Assembly (NCBI GenBank): GCA_048250755.1
Contig: DBEZMF010000011.1
Span: forward strand, 874-64,873
Direction of reading: 5' to 3'
Length of the DNA: 64,000 nt
Source: Collinsella sp.
GTDB lineage: Bacteria; Actinomycetota; Coriobacteriia; Coriobacteriales; Coriobacteriaceae
This document shows, piece after piece, positions 1-9,089 of this stretch (its first letter is position 1; each line of letters opens with the position of its first letter). The position numbers were made by a program, and so were the translations under genes. Under the pieces are notes generated by a model. The model did not search any database, was not told the origin of the DNA, and worked only from the letters and a program-made list of their open reading frames with translations.

Positions 1-653
1 AGGTAGGGACACAGGCGCAGCAGCTGTTTGGCCACATTCCCCTTGCATGCCGCGAGGTAATCTACCAGGCAATCGGGTGTCAGCACGGACTCGACCTCAA
101 AGTAACCGACATCTGGCGGCTGGTCTTTGTCCTTTGCCAATTTGTTCACGACAGGCGATGTGTAGGGAGGTAGATACTTCCCGCGGTCACTCAGTGAAAT
201 CTTAGAGCACAGCTCCTGGGCCAGGGCAAATGCCTGGATGCAGCCGACCTCGCGCGCGACGGCTACGCAAAGGGCCTCGGGAGATAGACTGTACACCCCT
301 GGTTCCACCTCCAGAATCGAGCCGGCGGGCAACTCAGAGCATACGGACCAGCTCACGCCAAGAATACGGCGGCGCTGCGCTGCAGACCCCACCAGCAAGC
401 ACAAATCCTCTTGCACCTCGCCGCTTGCGGCCCCAATCCGCACCAAATCGGGAAGATAGATGTCCTCGGTCGAGGGCGACGACGTGCGCAGCGCGCGGCG
501 CTCTTCATCGGGATCGAGGTCCTTCCAGCCGATGTAGCCCATCTGCCGGCGCTCGGCTCGAATCATGCGCAACGCCGAGGCGCCCGTCAGGATCACGGAA
601 GCCGCTAGCTGCTCTTTTGTCGGTTTGTTGCACTGCCTGATTGTTACCGCCAC
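1..653 (-). CDS. Hypothetical protein, 3' end outside window; resembles the actinobacterial AbiEi-like/DUF559-associated family
   Basis: Manual translation gives an open frame from GTG at 653 to the window edge (VAVTIRQ...ILTGASALRMIRAERR...ELPAGSILEVEPGVYSLSPEALCVAVARE...ELCSKI...LLRLCPY). Not in the ORF track because it has no stop in the window. Family call is from recalled motif pattern only. Confidence 0.6.
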   Translation of the reverse strand, partial: MAVTIRQCNKPTKEQLAASVILTGASALRMIRAERRQMGYIGWKDLDPDEERRALRTSSPSTEDIYLPDLVRIGAASGEVQEDLCLLVGSAAQRRRILGVSWSVCSELPAGSILEVEPGVYSLSPEALCVAVAREVGCIQAFALAQELCSKISLSDRGKYLPPYTSPVVNKLAKDKDQPPDVGYFEVESVLTPDCLVDYLAACKGNVAKQLLRLCPY

Positions 654-664
654 ATGAATCACCC

Positions 665-1471
665 CTACCAAACGCGTGCGATAGCGAGGCCATCAACGGC
701 CGTGGCACCGGCGCGCTTGAGTTCCGCCGAAGCCGCTGCCATCGTCGCACCCGTGGTGATAACGTCATCGATAAGCAGCAGGCGGCGGCCGTGCACATCC
801 TCAACCGTCTCGTACATACCTCGGGCACGCTCGCGGCGCTCCTCACGACCGAGTTCGCGCTGGTCGCCATGCCCGTACTTGACGAGGGCATCGAGCAGGG
901 GAACACCCGACAGCTCGCAAAATGGGCGCGCAATAGCCTCCATATGATCAAAACAACGCCGCCGAAACGCTGCCGCCGTCGCAGGCACAAACACCACCGC
1001 ATCCGCGCCGGACAGCACACCTCCATAGCGATCGGGCGCTACGACCTGGGCATGCAGGGCGGTGTCGTAGAGCAGCTCCGCCAGATACGGAGCCAGACGT
1101 CGCTCGCCCGCATCCTTGTACGCTTTAATGATGCGCGGCAGCGGATGCGCATAGACGGCGCACGCCAGGCAGCGGTCGAGCGCCTCCGTCATTGCCGAGG
1201 ACGTGCCCTCGACCGAACACTCAGTGCACAGCAAATCCCCAAACGGGGCGCTGCATCGGGTGCAGCTATGACGTGGGTCGATGAGCGTGAACGCGGCAAG
1301 GCAGTCTTGGCAAATAAGCGCACCGGCGCGCTCGCAGCCGGCACATCGTGTTGGCGACAATGCCTCGAGCGCCTCGCGTGCCACCCGCTCGGCAAACGGT
1401 AGCAATTCGTCCGCAAACGGTAGGGCACCGGCACCCTGCAGACAGCTCAATATGTTCAGATGGCTCTTCAA
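665..1471 (-). CDS. comF: ComF family protein (double zinc ribbon plus phosphoribosyltransferase domain)
   Basis: CAGC..CQDC..CTRC..CTEC zinc motifs; PRTase motif LLIDDVITTGAT; TTG start after GGAGG. Confidence 0.88.
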   Translation of the reverse strand: MKSHLNILSCLQGAGALPFADELLPFAERVAREALEALSPTRCAGCERAGALICQDCLAAFTLIDPRHSCTRCSAPFGDLLCTECSVEGTSSAMTEALDRCLACAVYAHPLPRIIKAYKDAGERRLAPYLAELLYDTALHAQVVAPDRYGGVLSGADAVVFVPATAAAFRRRCFDHMEAIARPFCELSGVPLLDALVKYGHGDQRELGREERRERARGMYETVEDVHGRRLLLIDDVITTGATMAAASAELKRAGATAVDGLAIARVW

Positions 1472-1573
1472 GACACAACCCTCCCTACGCTCGGTCGCAG
1501 GGAGGGTTGTTGATTCAGCGCTATGATACCCCAATGCGCTCGGGGCAAGGCGAGCTAAATCCGCTCGCGGGCG

Positions 1574-3265
1574 TTATTCGCCGGCGGGCGGTTGTGGTGC
1601 GGACGAAGACGGGGTCGAGCCCTCGCCACCATCCTGGCGCGGCTTGCGGGAACGGCGACGGCGACGGCGCTTTTGACCCTGGTCGGCCGAGCCCTCGCCA
1701 CCGCGCGGCTCGCGCTCGTCGCGAGCGGCGCCACGCGAAGCCTTGGCAGCCGCTCCCCCGCCATCCCCGGGACGACGGCGCGTGACCTTGACCTCGCCAT
1801 CCGAGACCTGATCGGCCACGGAGGGCACTGAGGGCTTCTGTTGCGCGCCCGAGGAATGGCGACGGCGCGGACGCGGCGCGCGCTCCTCCTCGCCACGTGA
1901 CTTGCCGCTCTTGTCGACAGGCGCATCGGAGGCCGAGGCGCCCTTGGAAGCGGCACCGGCCTCGCGAGCAGCTGCGGCGCGGAAGGCGTCCTCGCGCTCC
2001 TCGCTCGACAGATGACGGCGGCGGCGACGTGTGGGGTTCATGCCGCCGCCGCGATTCTGCTGCTGGGGCTGCTGAACCTCGCGCTCGCGAGAGGCGTTCT
2101 TGCCCGCGGCTGCAACCTCGGTAGCATCGCCCGAGCCCGCGCGCTTGCGACGGCGACGGCCATCGGCCGCCCCCTCGGCCTCGGGTGTCTCGGCCTTACC
2201 GCGGCCTTTTCCGCGGCCACGGCCCTCGCCCTGACCCTGACCGGCGCGAGCATCGGATTCAGCATCGCGACGACGGCGCTTGGGCATCGACGTGCCGGCC
2301 AGACGGTCGGCACTCGACAGGCCATCGCCCACATCGACGCCGTTTTCGCGATCGAGCTCCATGAGCGCCAGGCGCATCTCGGGCGACTCGATGCGCTCGA
2401 GCACGTCGCGCGTCACGCAGTCGGGGCGGCAGTTGCAGCCCTGCTCGGCGGCCTTCTTTTTGCAGCCCTCCGAGCACGTCATATCGGCTAGGTTGACCTT
2501 AAAGACTTTGCCGTTCTCCAGGCGCAGCACCAGCTGCTCACGCGGCGTGTCATACTCCTGGATACGCGCCTTGCCAAGCGGCGTATCGATGAGCGTCTTC
2601 TTTTTGGGCGCACGGCTCTTAAAGTCCTTGTAGGCCTCGAACTCGTAGCGCAGGCAGCACATCAGGCGACCGCACACGCCGCTGATCTTGGAGGAATTGA
2701 GCGGCAGGTCTTGCTCTTTTGCCATGCGAATCGAGACGGGCTCAAACTGTCCGCCAAAGCGCGTGCAGCAGAGTTCCTGTCCGCACTGGGCATAGCCGCC
2801 CACCAGGCGGGTCTCGTCGCGCACGCCGATCTGGCGCATGTCGACGCGAATGTGCAGCGTCGAGGACAGATCCTTGACGAGCTGGCGAAAATCGACGCGC
2901 TCCTCGGCCGCAAAGTAGAACACGGCCTTCTCGCCGCCAAACAGGTACTCGACGCCCACCGGCTTCATCTCGAGGTCGAGCTCCTTGACCAGGCGGCGGA
3001 AGTCGACCATGGCCTCGTCGCCCTGGATGGCCAGGTCGTCGGCAAGCTGCAGGTCGATGTCGCTCGCCACGCGCAGCACGGGCTTGAGCGGCTGACCGAT
3101 CTCGTCTTGCGGCACCTCAAAGGGATCGGCCGTGACCAGGCCGATCTCGGTTCCGCGCTCGGTGGAGCAAATGGCATAATCGGCCTCGAGGATATCCAAA
3201 TCCTGCGGATCGAACCACAGGTCGCGCGAGGCGTAGGTAAACTTAACGGGTACGACTAACGGCAT
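1574..3265 (-). CDS. ricT: PSP1/RicT (YaaT) domain protein with long Arg/Gly-rich disordered tail
   Basis: RVDFRQLVKDL, CGQELCC, KISGVCGRLMCCLRYE; tmk-holB-ricT gene order. Confidence 0.88.
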   Translation of the reverse strand: MPLVVPVKFTYASRDLWFDPQDLDILEADYAICSTERGTEIGLVTADPFEVPQDEIGQPLKPVLRVASDIDLQLADDLAIQGDEAMVDFRRLVKELDLEMKPVGVEYLFGGEKAVFYFAAEERVDFRQLVKDLSSTLHIRVDMRQIGVRDETRLVGGYAQCGQELCCTRFGGQFEPVSIRMAKEQDLPLNSSKISGVCGRLMCCLRYEFEAYKDFKSRAPKKKTLIDTPLGKARIQEYDTPREQLVLRLENGKVFKVNLADMTCSEGCKKKAAEQGCNCRPDCVTRDVLERIESPEMRLALMELDRENGVDVGDGLSSADRLAGTSMPKRRRRDAESDARAGQGQGEGRGRGKGRGKAETPEAEGAADGRRRRKRAGSGDATEVAAAGKNASREREVQQPQQQNRGGGMNPTRRRRRHLSSEEREDAFRAAAAREAGAASKGASASDAPVDKSGKSRGEEERAPRPRRRHSSGAQQKPSVPSVADQVSDGEVKVTRRRPGDGGGAAAKASRGAARDEREPRGGEGSADQGQKRRRRRRSRKPRQDGGEGSTPSSSAPQPPAGE

Positions 3266-4383
3266 TTCAGTGCCTTCCTGATATCGAACAGCATGACCTC
3301 GATGGCCAGCTGGGGAGTAACGTTTCTGGCGATGTTGCGTTCGGCGGTTGCGACTGCCTCGAGCGCCCGCGTGGCGCCCGCAACATTCGTCGCGGCGGCA
3401 AGCCGACCGATCGTGTCGCGCACGTCTTCGTTCACCACGTCGGCCGCCTCGTCCTGAAGCGTCAGCAGCACGTCGCGCATGAGCGTCCGCGCGCTCGCCA
3501 GCGCTTCCATGATACCCGAACGCTCGCGCGCGTTGAGTTCGCGCTTGTTGCGGTCCTCAAGCTGCTTCAATGCTCCACGCGACAGGTAGTCGGCGTTTTG
3601 CTCGAGCACCTTTTCCTGCGTGGACTTGACCTCGGCTAACGGCGCCTTAACGGCGACGATGAGTGACTTGGCACGGCTGAGCACGTCGGCCTCGTCGGCG
3701 GCAATGAGCGAATCGATGGCACGAACCATCTGACGGCGGGCGTCCTGGCGCTCGGCGCTCTTGAGGAACTCGATGCCACGCGTGGGGCTTCCCGCTACGG
3801 CGACGGCCATGCGGCAACGCGCAGGGTCCTGAGCGGTGGCGCGGCTCACGGCCTGAGCGGCGACGGCGGGCGACACCAGCCGAAACGGCACGCACTGGCA
3901 GCGGCTCACGATGGTGGGCAACATCACGTCTGCCGAGGTGCCCAGCAGGATGAACATAACGCCCTCGGGCGGCTCCTCGAGTGTTTTGAGCAGTGCGTTG
4001 GCGGTATTGGCGCGCAGTTGCTCGGCACGGTCGATGATGTAGACCTTGGCCTTGGCACGGATGGGCGCCAGAGGCACGTCATCGAGCAGCTCGCGGGTCT
4101 GGGCGATGAGGTAGCCCGTGGCGCTCTCGGGCGTGTAATAGTGCACGTCGGGGTGCGTATGGCGGGCGACGCGCACGCAGCTATCGCATGAGCCGCAGCC
4201 ATCTTGCTCGCACAGGAAGGCTTGGGCGAGCGCCCACGCGGCGTCGAGCTTGCCCGCGCCGGGCGCGCCCAAAAACAGGTAGGCGTGCGACGCGCGACCG
4301 CTGGCGACGGCATTGGTCAAAAAGTCGCGCACGCGCTCTTGGGTGTCGAGCTTGGCCAGCAGACTTGCCTGAGCGGGGGCCAT
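3256..4383 (-). CDS. holB: DNA polymerase III delta' subunit
   Basis: HAYLFLGAPGAGK, CGSCDSC zinc motif, HPDV, ANALLKTLEEPP, TIVSRCQ. Confidence 0.92.
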   Translation of the reverse strand: MAPAQASLLAKLDTQERVRDFLTNAVASGRASHAYLFLGAPGAGKLDAAWALAQAFLCEQDGCGSCDSCVRVARHTHPDVHYYTPESATGYLIAQTRELLDDVPLAPIRAKAKVYIIDRAEQLRANTANALLKTLEEPPEGVMFILLGTSADVMLPTIVSRCQCVPFRLVSPAVAAQAVSRATAQDPARCRMAVAVAGSPTRGIEFLKSAERQDARRQMVRAIDSLIAADEADVLSRAKSLIVAVKAPLAEVKSTQEKVLEQNADYLSRGALKQLEDRNKRELNARERSGIMEALASARTLMRDVLLTLQDEAADVVNEDVRDTIGRLAAATNVAGATRALEAVATAERNIARNVTPQLAIEVMLFDIRKALKCR

Positions 4384-4384
4384 G

Positions 4385-5068
4385 TTACTCGGCCTCCTGG
4401 GCAAGCGCAGCGGTGACGGCGTCCTGGGAAATGTCGAGGCCGTAGGCGCGAACCCACTCGACCGTCTGCGCGAAGACTTCCTCGATGGACGCGGTCGCGT
4501 CGATGAGCTTTACGCGGTTTGGTTCCTCGGCGGCAATGGCGCAAAATCCCTGGTAGACGCGCTCTTGGAAGGCCATGCCCTTAGCCTCCATGCGGTCGGC
4601 CGCACCACGGGCTGCCATGCGCAGCGCCGCCTGCTCGGGCGTGATGTGGTAGACGAGTGTGAGCGCCGGGTGCGTACCCGCGACGGCCAGGTTGTTGGCG
4701 TCGCGCACTATCTGGCGATCGAGGCCATCGGCAAACGCCTGGTAGCAGGTCGTGGAATCGTAGAAGCGGTCGCACAGGACAACCTTGCCGGCAGCAAGGG
4801 CGGGCGCGATGACCTCGTGCACCAACTGAGCGCGTGCCGCCTCGTAGAGCAACAACTCGCAGGTGTCGCCCATCGCCGTATTGGCGGGGTCGAGCAGCAG
4901 AGCACGGATCTTTTCGCTGATGGCGGTACCGCCCGGCTCACGCAGGGTCACAACCTGGTAGCCGGCAAGGTCGAGCGCACGGGCAAGCAGGCGCGCCTGC
5001 GTAGATTTACCGGCGCCATCGACACCCTCGAGCGTAATGAAGCTATGTTGAGCGGGCTCAAAAGCCAT
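4385..5068 (-). CDS. tmk: Thymidylate kinase
   Basis: FITLEGVDGAGKSTQ, REPGGT, CDRFYDST. Confidence 0.95.
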   Translation of the reverse strand: MAFEPAQHSFITLEGVDGAGKSTQARLLARALDLAGYQVVTLREPGGTAISEKIRALLLDPANTAMGDTCELLLYEAARAQLVHEVIAPALAAGKVVLCDRFYDSTTCYQAFADGLDRQIVRDANNLAVAGTHPALTLVYHITPEQAALRMAARGAADRMEAKGMAFQERVYQGFCAIAAEEPNRVKLIDATASIEEVFAQTVEWVRAYGLDISQDAVTAALAQEAE

Positions 5069-5178
5069 GGGCGCAGCCCCTTCCTACAAGGCGCGTAAAT
5101 GCGAGTTATAGCAACCAAGCCATGATACCCCAGGGGCAGGCGCGTCCCAAATCCAACCTAGCCATCGAGGCATCCCCG

Positions 5179-5247
5179 AAGTTGCGGTGAAATAGGGACT
5201 GATTGAAGCTCTGAGACCGCCAAACAGTCCCTATTTCACCGCAACTT
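5179..5247. repeat. 69-bp palindromic element, family A copy 1
   Basis: Perfect 23-bp arms AAGTTGCGGTGAAATAGGGACTG / CAGTCCCTATTTCACCGCAACTT around a 23-bp spacer. Confidence 0.9.
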
Positions 5248-5315
5248 ATGAAGGGGAATTTGGGGTGCTGGGTATAATCGTCGTATTGCATTGAAATGTG
5301 GCGAAAGGAGTGGCA

Positions 5316-6299
5316 ATGTCTCGGTATTGCGCCTCGTGCGGCAAGCTTCTTGCAGATAATGCCAAGTTCTGCACCTCGTGCGGTGCACCCGTTGAGCAAA
5401 CAACCGCGAGCGATAGCCAGCCCGCTTTTGAGCAGACCGGCTCCCTTGATACGCCGCAAGCCAAGGCGGACGACCCCCTCGCCTATCGCCCCGACCCCGC
5501 CGCAGGCCCCGCGGCCGTCGAGACCACGCAGCGCATACCCGTCGCGAGCGGCTCGTCCCAACAGCAGCCGGCTCCCGCATACGCGCCCGCTTCGCCACAG
5601 ACCCCCGCTCCCAAAAAGAGCGGCACCGGGCCGCTTATCGCCGTTATCGTTGTGCTGGTGGCGATTATCATCGCCCTGGTTGTTTTCTTTGTGATCAAGC
5701 CTTTCGACAACGCCGCCACGCAGACGACTGCCGAGGTAGCTAAGCTGCACCATGACGTCGACGACGATGACCTAAAGCCTCTCGGCAATCCCAACAGCCT
5801 GTACGACGATGATGACGATGACGACGAGGATGGCGGCGAAGCAACGCTCTCCGAGCAGAACCTCTACCGCCGACTGAGCGAATACTACGACTTGCTCGAA
5901 GACCTCGACAGCTACGTCCGTGGCTGCGCGCAGAACTTCAACGGCAGCTATCTGGAAGAAGATCGCACCACCCGTCAAAATCTCGCCGACGTCGCCGAGC
6001 GCACAGAGGACACCATCGAGCAGTATTACGACATCGTCGAGGACCTGGACGTCCCGACGAGCTCTAAGAACTACAGCTCCTGGAAGGACATCGTTGCCCT
6101 GTATGACGACCTGGATCACCGCATTGACGCAATCTGTGATGCCTGGGAGATCAGCCTGAAATACGCCAAGCCCGAGGACCACAAGAATGAGATCGTGACG
6201 CCGCTGTCGCGCGACAACGTGGCGGGCACCAATGACAATAAGTATCGCTTAGACTTTGAGGAGCGCTATCCCGGCGCCAAACCCGTCGAAGTGAACTAG
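5316..6299 (+). CDS. Zinc-ribbon, single-pass membrane protein
   Basis: CASCG...FCTSCG, Pro-rich linker, one TM helix, acidic run; AAGGAG RBS. Confidence 0.85.
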   Translation: MSRYCASCGKLLADNAKFCTSCGAPVEQTTASDSQPAFEQTGSLDTPQAKADDPLAYRPDPAAGPAAVETTQRIPVASGSSQQQPAPAYAPASPQTPAPKKSGTGPLIAVIVVLVAIIIALVVFFVIKPFDNAATQTTAEVAKLHHDVDDDDLKPLGNPNSLYDDDDDDDEDGGEATLSEQNLYRRLSEYYDLLEDLDSYVRGCAQNFNGSYLEEDRTTRQNLADVAERTEDTIEQYYDIVEDLDVPTSSKNYSSWKDIVALYDDLDHRIDAICDAWEISLKYAKPEDHKNEIVTPLSRDNVAGTNDNKYRLDFEERYPGAKPVEVN

Positions 6300-6317
6300 C
6301 GCTTTGTCGTTCCCGAG

Positions 6318-6375
6318 CCGGCAGTTAGGGACGTTCCTAAACTGCCGGCAGAAAAGGAACGTCCCTAACTGCCGG
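6318..6375. repeat. REP-like doublet palindrome (GGGACGTTCC family)
   Basis: CCGGCAGTTAGGGACGTTCCT...AGGAACGTCCCTAACTGCCGG; related copies at 34434, 36617, 45706, 52535. Confidence 0.75.
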
Positions 6376-6377
6376 TC

Positions 6378-6418
6378 AAAAAACGAGCGAGGATCGTGGG
6401 GTCCTCGCTCGTTTTTTT
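6378..6418. terminator. Bidirectional intrinsic terminator
   Basis: A-tract, CGAGCGAGGA/TCCTCGCTCG stem, T-tract, between convergent genes. Confidence 0.8.
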
Positions 6419-6440
6419 GGGCAATGTTTCGACTGCGCCG

Positions 6441-9035
6441 TTACTTGTCGGCGGTCGTCTTCTTGGCAGTCGACTTCTTCGCGGTCGTCTTCTTGGCGGC
6501 AGTGGCTTTCTTAGCCGTCGTCTTCTTGGCAGCCGTGGTCTTCTTTGCCGTGCTCGCCTTGGTCGTGGTCTTGCGGCCGCGGGCGGGCTTCTTCTCCTTG
6601 GTCGGGCAGTCCATGTTCACGCAGATACACCATGGGCCGCGCGCCGTGTTGACCACCACGATGGGGGCGCCGCACTCGGGGCAGGTCTCACCCGTCGCCT
6701 CGAGCTTACCGCGCGCCGGCAGAGGATAGCTCACGCCGCAGTCATCGTAGTTGGTGCAGCGGATAAAGCGCTTGCCGCTCTTCTCGCTCTTGTGCGCGAT
6801 CAGGTCGCCATGGCGTCCGGCCTCGGCACACACCTTGCACTCGCCCACCTTAAGGTCGGGCTCGTAGTTGGTGGGGCATGTGGGGTTCACGCAAATCTCG
6901 AAGGCCTTCTGACGGAACGGCTGGCATTTAATGCGCGGCGCGCCGCACTCGGGGCACACGGCCGCCTCGCCCTCGAGCGGACTCACCTTGACGCCGCTCG
7001 GCACCGGATAGGTCACATCGCAGTCGGGCCAGCCCATGCAGCCAATGAAGCTGCCGCGGGTCTTGGCGCTCGTCTTCATAACCAGGTCCTTGCCGCACTT
7101 GGGGCAAGCGCCCACGCGCGCATCGGCCGTGACGGCGTCGCTGATGGCGTCGCCCAGCTCCTGCGTGTGCTTGAGCAGCTCGTCGAGCACGCCAGCCAGC
7201 AGCGCGCGCGAGTGCGCCACGACATGCTCTTCGGTATCCTCGCCGCGCTCCACACGGGTCATGTCGCCATCGAGCTCGCTGGTCATATCGGGGCTCGTGA
7301 TGCGCGGGGCAAACTGCGTCAGTGCATCGATGATGGCGATGCCCAGCTGACTCGGCTCCACGGGATCGTTTTTGAGGTAGCGCACGGCGTACAGGCGCTC
7401 GATGATGCTCGCGCGTGTGGACTTGGTGCCCAGGCCGCGCTTTTCCATCTCCTGCACGAGCTTGCCCTGGCTGTAGCGCGCGGGCGGCTCGGTCTGCTTT
7501 GCCTCGAGCTTAATGTCGAACACGTCGACCGTATCGCCCTGCTCCAGCGGTGGCATCTGCTCATCGCGCTTAAGTCCATACGGATACGCCTCGCGGAAGC
7601 CCGGAGTCACGAGCACATCGCCCGAAGCCACGAACGGCTCGCCATTGACGTCGAGCTCGAGCTTGGTGTTCTCGATGGTCGCAGGACCCATAAGCGTCGC
7701 CAGGAAGCGACGGGCGATCAGGTCATAGAGCTTGCGCTGGCCGCCGTCGAGCGTGGACGGATCGCCCTCGCCCGTGGGGTAGATAGGCGGGTGGTCGGTG
7801 GTCTCGACTTTACCGCGCGTGGGCTTCATGGAACCAGCGAGTACCTTTTTGCACACGGGCGCCAGCGCCGGGTTGATCTTTGCCAGGTCACTCACCACGG
7901 CACCCAAATCGAGCGTCGCGGGATACACGGTGTTGTCGACACGCGGGTAGCTGATAAGGCCCGCCATGTAGAGGGACTCGGCGATGCGCATGGTACGCGC
8001 AGGCGAGATGCCCTCGGCAGCGGCGGCGGCCTGCAGCGAGGTGGTCGCAAACGGTGTGGGCGGCTGCTGCTTGCGGGAGCGCTTGGTCACCGCGGCGACG
8101 GTTGCCGTCGCGACGCCGTCAACATGGCCGTACGCCGTCTCAGCAGCATCCTTGTCGGTAAAGCGCGCCGTCTTGTGCGCGATCTTAAAGCGGTCATCCT
8201 CGGCAGCACCCTGCGCGGCACCCATGCCGCGGATCTGCCAATAGTCCTCGGGCACAAACGCCATGCGCTCGCGCTCGCGCTCGACCACCAGGGCAAGCGT
8301 CGGCGTCTGCACGCGGCCGGCGGAACGCACGTTGCCAAAGCCGCCAAACTTGGCGAGCGTCAGGTAGCGCGTGAGCACCGCACCCCAAATGAGGTCGATG
8401 TGCTGACGGCTCTCGCCGGCGTCGGCCAGGTTCTGGTCGAGCGAGACAAGGTTATCGAAGGCCTGCGTAATCTCGGCCTTGGTAAACGAAGAATACTGGG
8501 CGCGGGCGACCGGCAAATCGGGCGCAACCTCGCGCACCTTGTTGAGGGCGTCCGAACCGATCAGCTCGCCCTCGCGATCGAAGTCCGTGGCGATAATGAC
8601 GCTGTCGGACTTCTTGGCAAGGTTCTTGAGCGAGCGAATGAGTTCCTTCTCGGCCGGCAGTTTAATGACCGGTGCCCACGTGAGGTAGGGCAGGCTCTCG
8701 AGCTTCCAGCCCTTAATGGAGATACCGTCGGCAAGAAACGGCTTACGCTTGGTGTCGTAAGGCGGACGAGCCAGGCCATCGGGCATGTCGGCCGGCAGTA
8801 TCTCGCCGTCCTCGGTGACCGAATACCAGCCCAGCTTTTTATCGAACAGCACGCTGTCGCAAAAATCGGGCGCAAGGATGTGACCGGCAAGGCCGATCGT
8901 CACGCACTCCTCGCCCTTCCACTCAAAACGGTAGATGGCGGTGTTGTACACCTTGTCCTTTTTGGGCTTGCCCGTGGACAGACGCTCGGCAATCTGACGC
9001 GCGGCGTCGTTTTTCTCTGCGATGATGAGCTTCAA
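6441..9035 (-). CDS. topA: Type IA DNA topoisomerase with C-terminal zinc ribbons and Lys/Thr/Ala-rich tail
   Basis: IIAEK, IATDFDREGE, SAGRVQTPTL, ISYPR (catalytic Tyr), GLGTKSTR, three Cys ribbons, KKTTA repeats. Confidence 0.92.
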   Translation of the reverse strand: MKLIIAEKNDAARQIAERLSTGKPKKDKVYNTAIYRFEWKGEECVTIGLAGHILAPDFCDSVLFDKKLGWYSVTEDGEILPADMPDGLARPPYDTKRKPFLADGISIKGWKLESLPYLTWAPVIKLPAEKELIRSLKNLAKKSDSVIIATDFDREGELIGSDALNKVREVAPDLPVARAQYSSFTKAEITQAFDNLVSLDQNLADAGESRQHIDLIWGAVLTRYLTLAKFGGFGNVRSAGRVQTPTLALVVERERERMAFVPEDYWQIRGMGAAQGAAEDDRFKIAHKTARFTDKDAAETAYGHVDGVATATVAAVTKRSRKQQPPTPFATTSLQAAAAAEGISPARTMRIAESLYMAGLISYPRVDNTVYPATLDLGAVVSDLAKINPALAPVCKKVLAGSMKPTRGKVETTDHPPIYPTGEGDPSTLDGGQRKLYDLIARRFLATLMGPATIENTKLELDVNGEPFVASGDVLVTPGFREAYPYGLKRDEQMPPLEQGDTVDVFDIKLEAKQTEPPARYSQGKLVQEMEKRGLGTKSTRASIIERLYAVRYLKNDPVEPSQLGIAIIDALTQFAPRITSPDMTSELDGDMTRVERGEDTEEHVVAHSRALLAGVLDELLKHTQELGDAISDAVTADARVGACPKCGKDLVMKTSAKTRGSFIGCMGWPDCDVTYPVPSGVKVSPLEGEAAVCPECGAPRIKCQPFRQKAFEICVNPTCPTNYEPDLKVGECKVCAEAGRHGDLIAHKSEKSGKRFIRCTNYDDCGVSYPLPARGKLEATGETCPECGAPIVVVNTARGPWCICVNMDCPTKEKKPARGRKTTTKASTAKKTTAAKKTTAKKATAAKKTTAKKSTAKKTTADK

Positions 9036-9089
9036 AAGAGGCTCCTATCTCGTGTCTCTGCGGCTGCGCCCGCGCTTGTGGCGGCCGAC

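Noticed and set aside
6441..6570. KKTTA tandem repeats as a DNA repeat element
   Set aside because: Coding low-complexity tail, known in actinobacterial topoisomerase I
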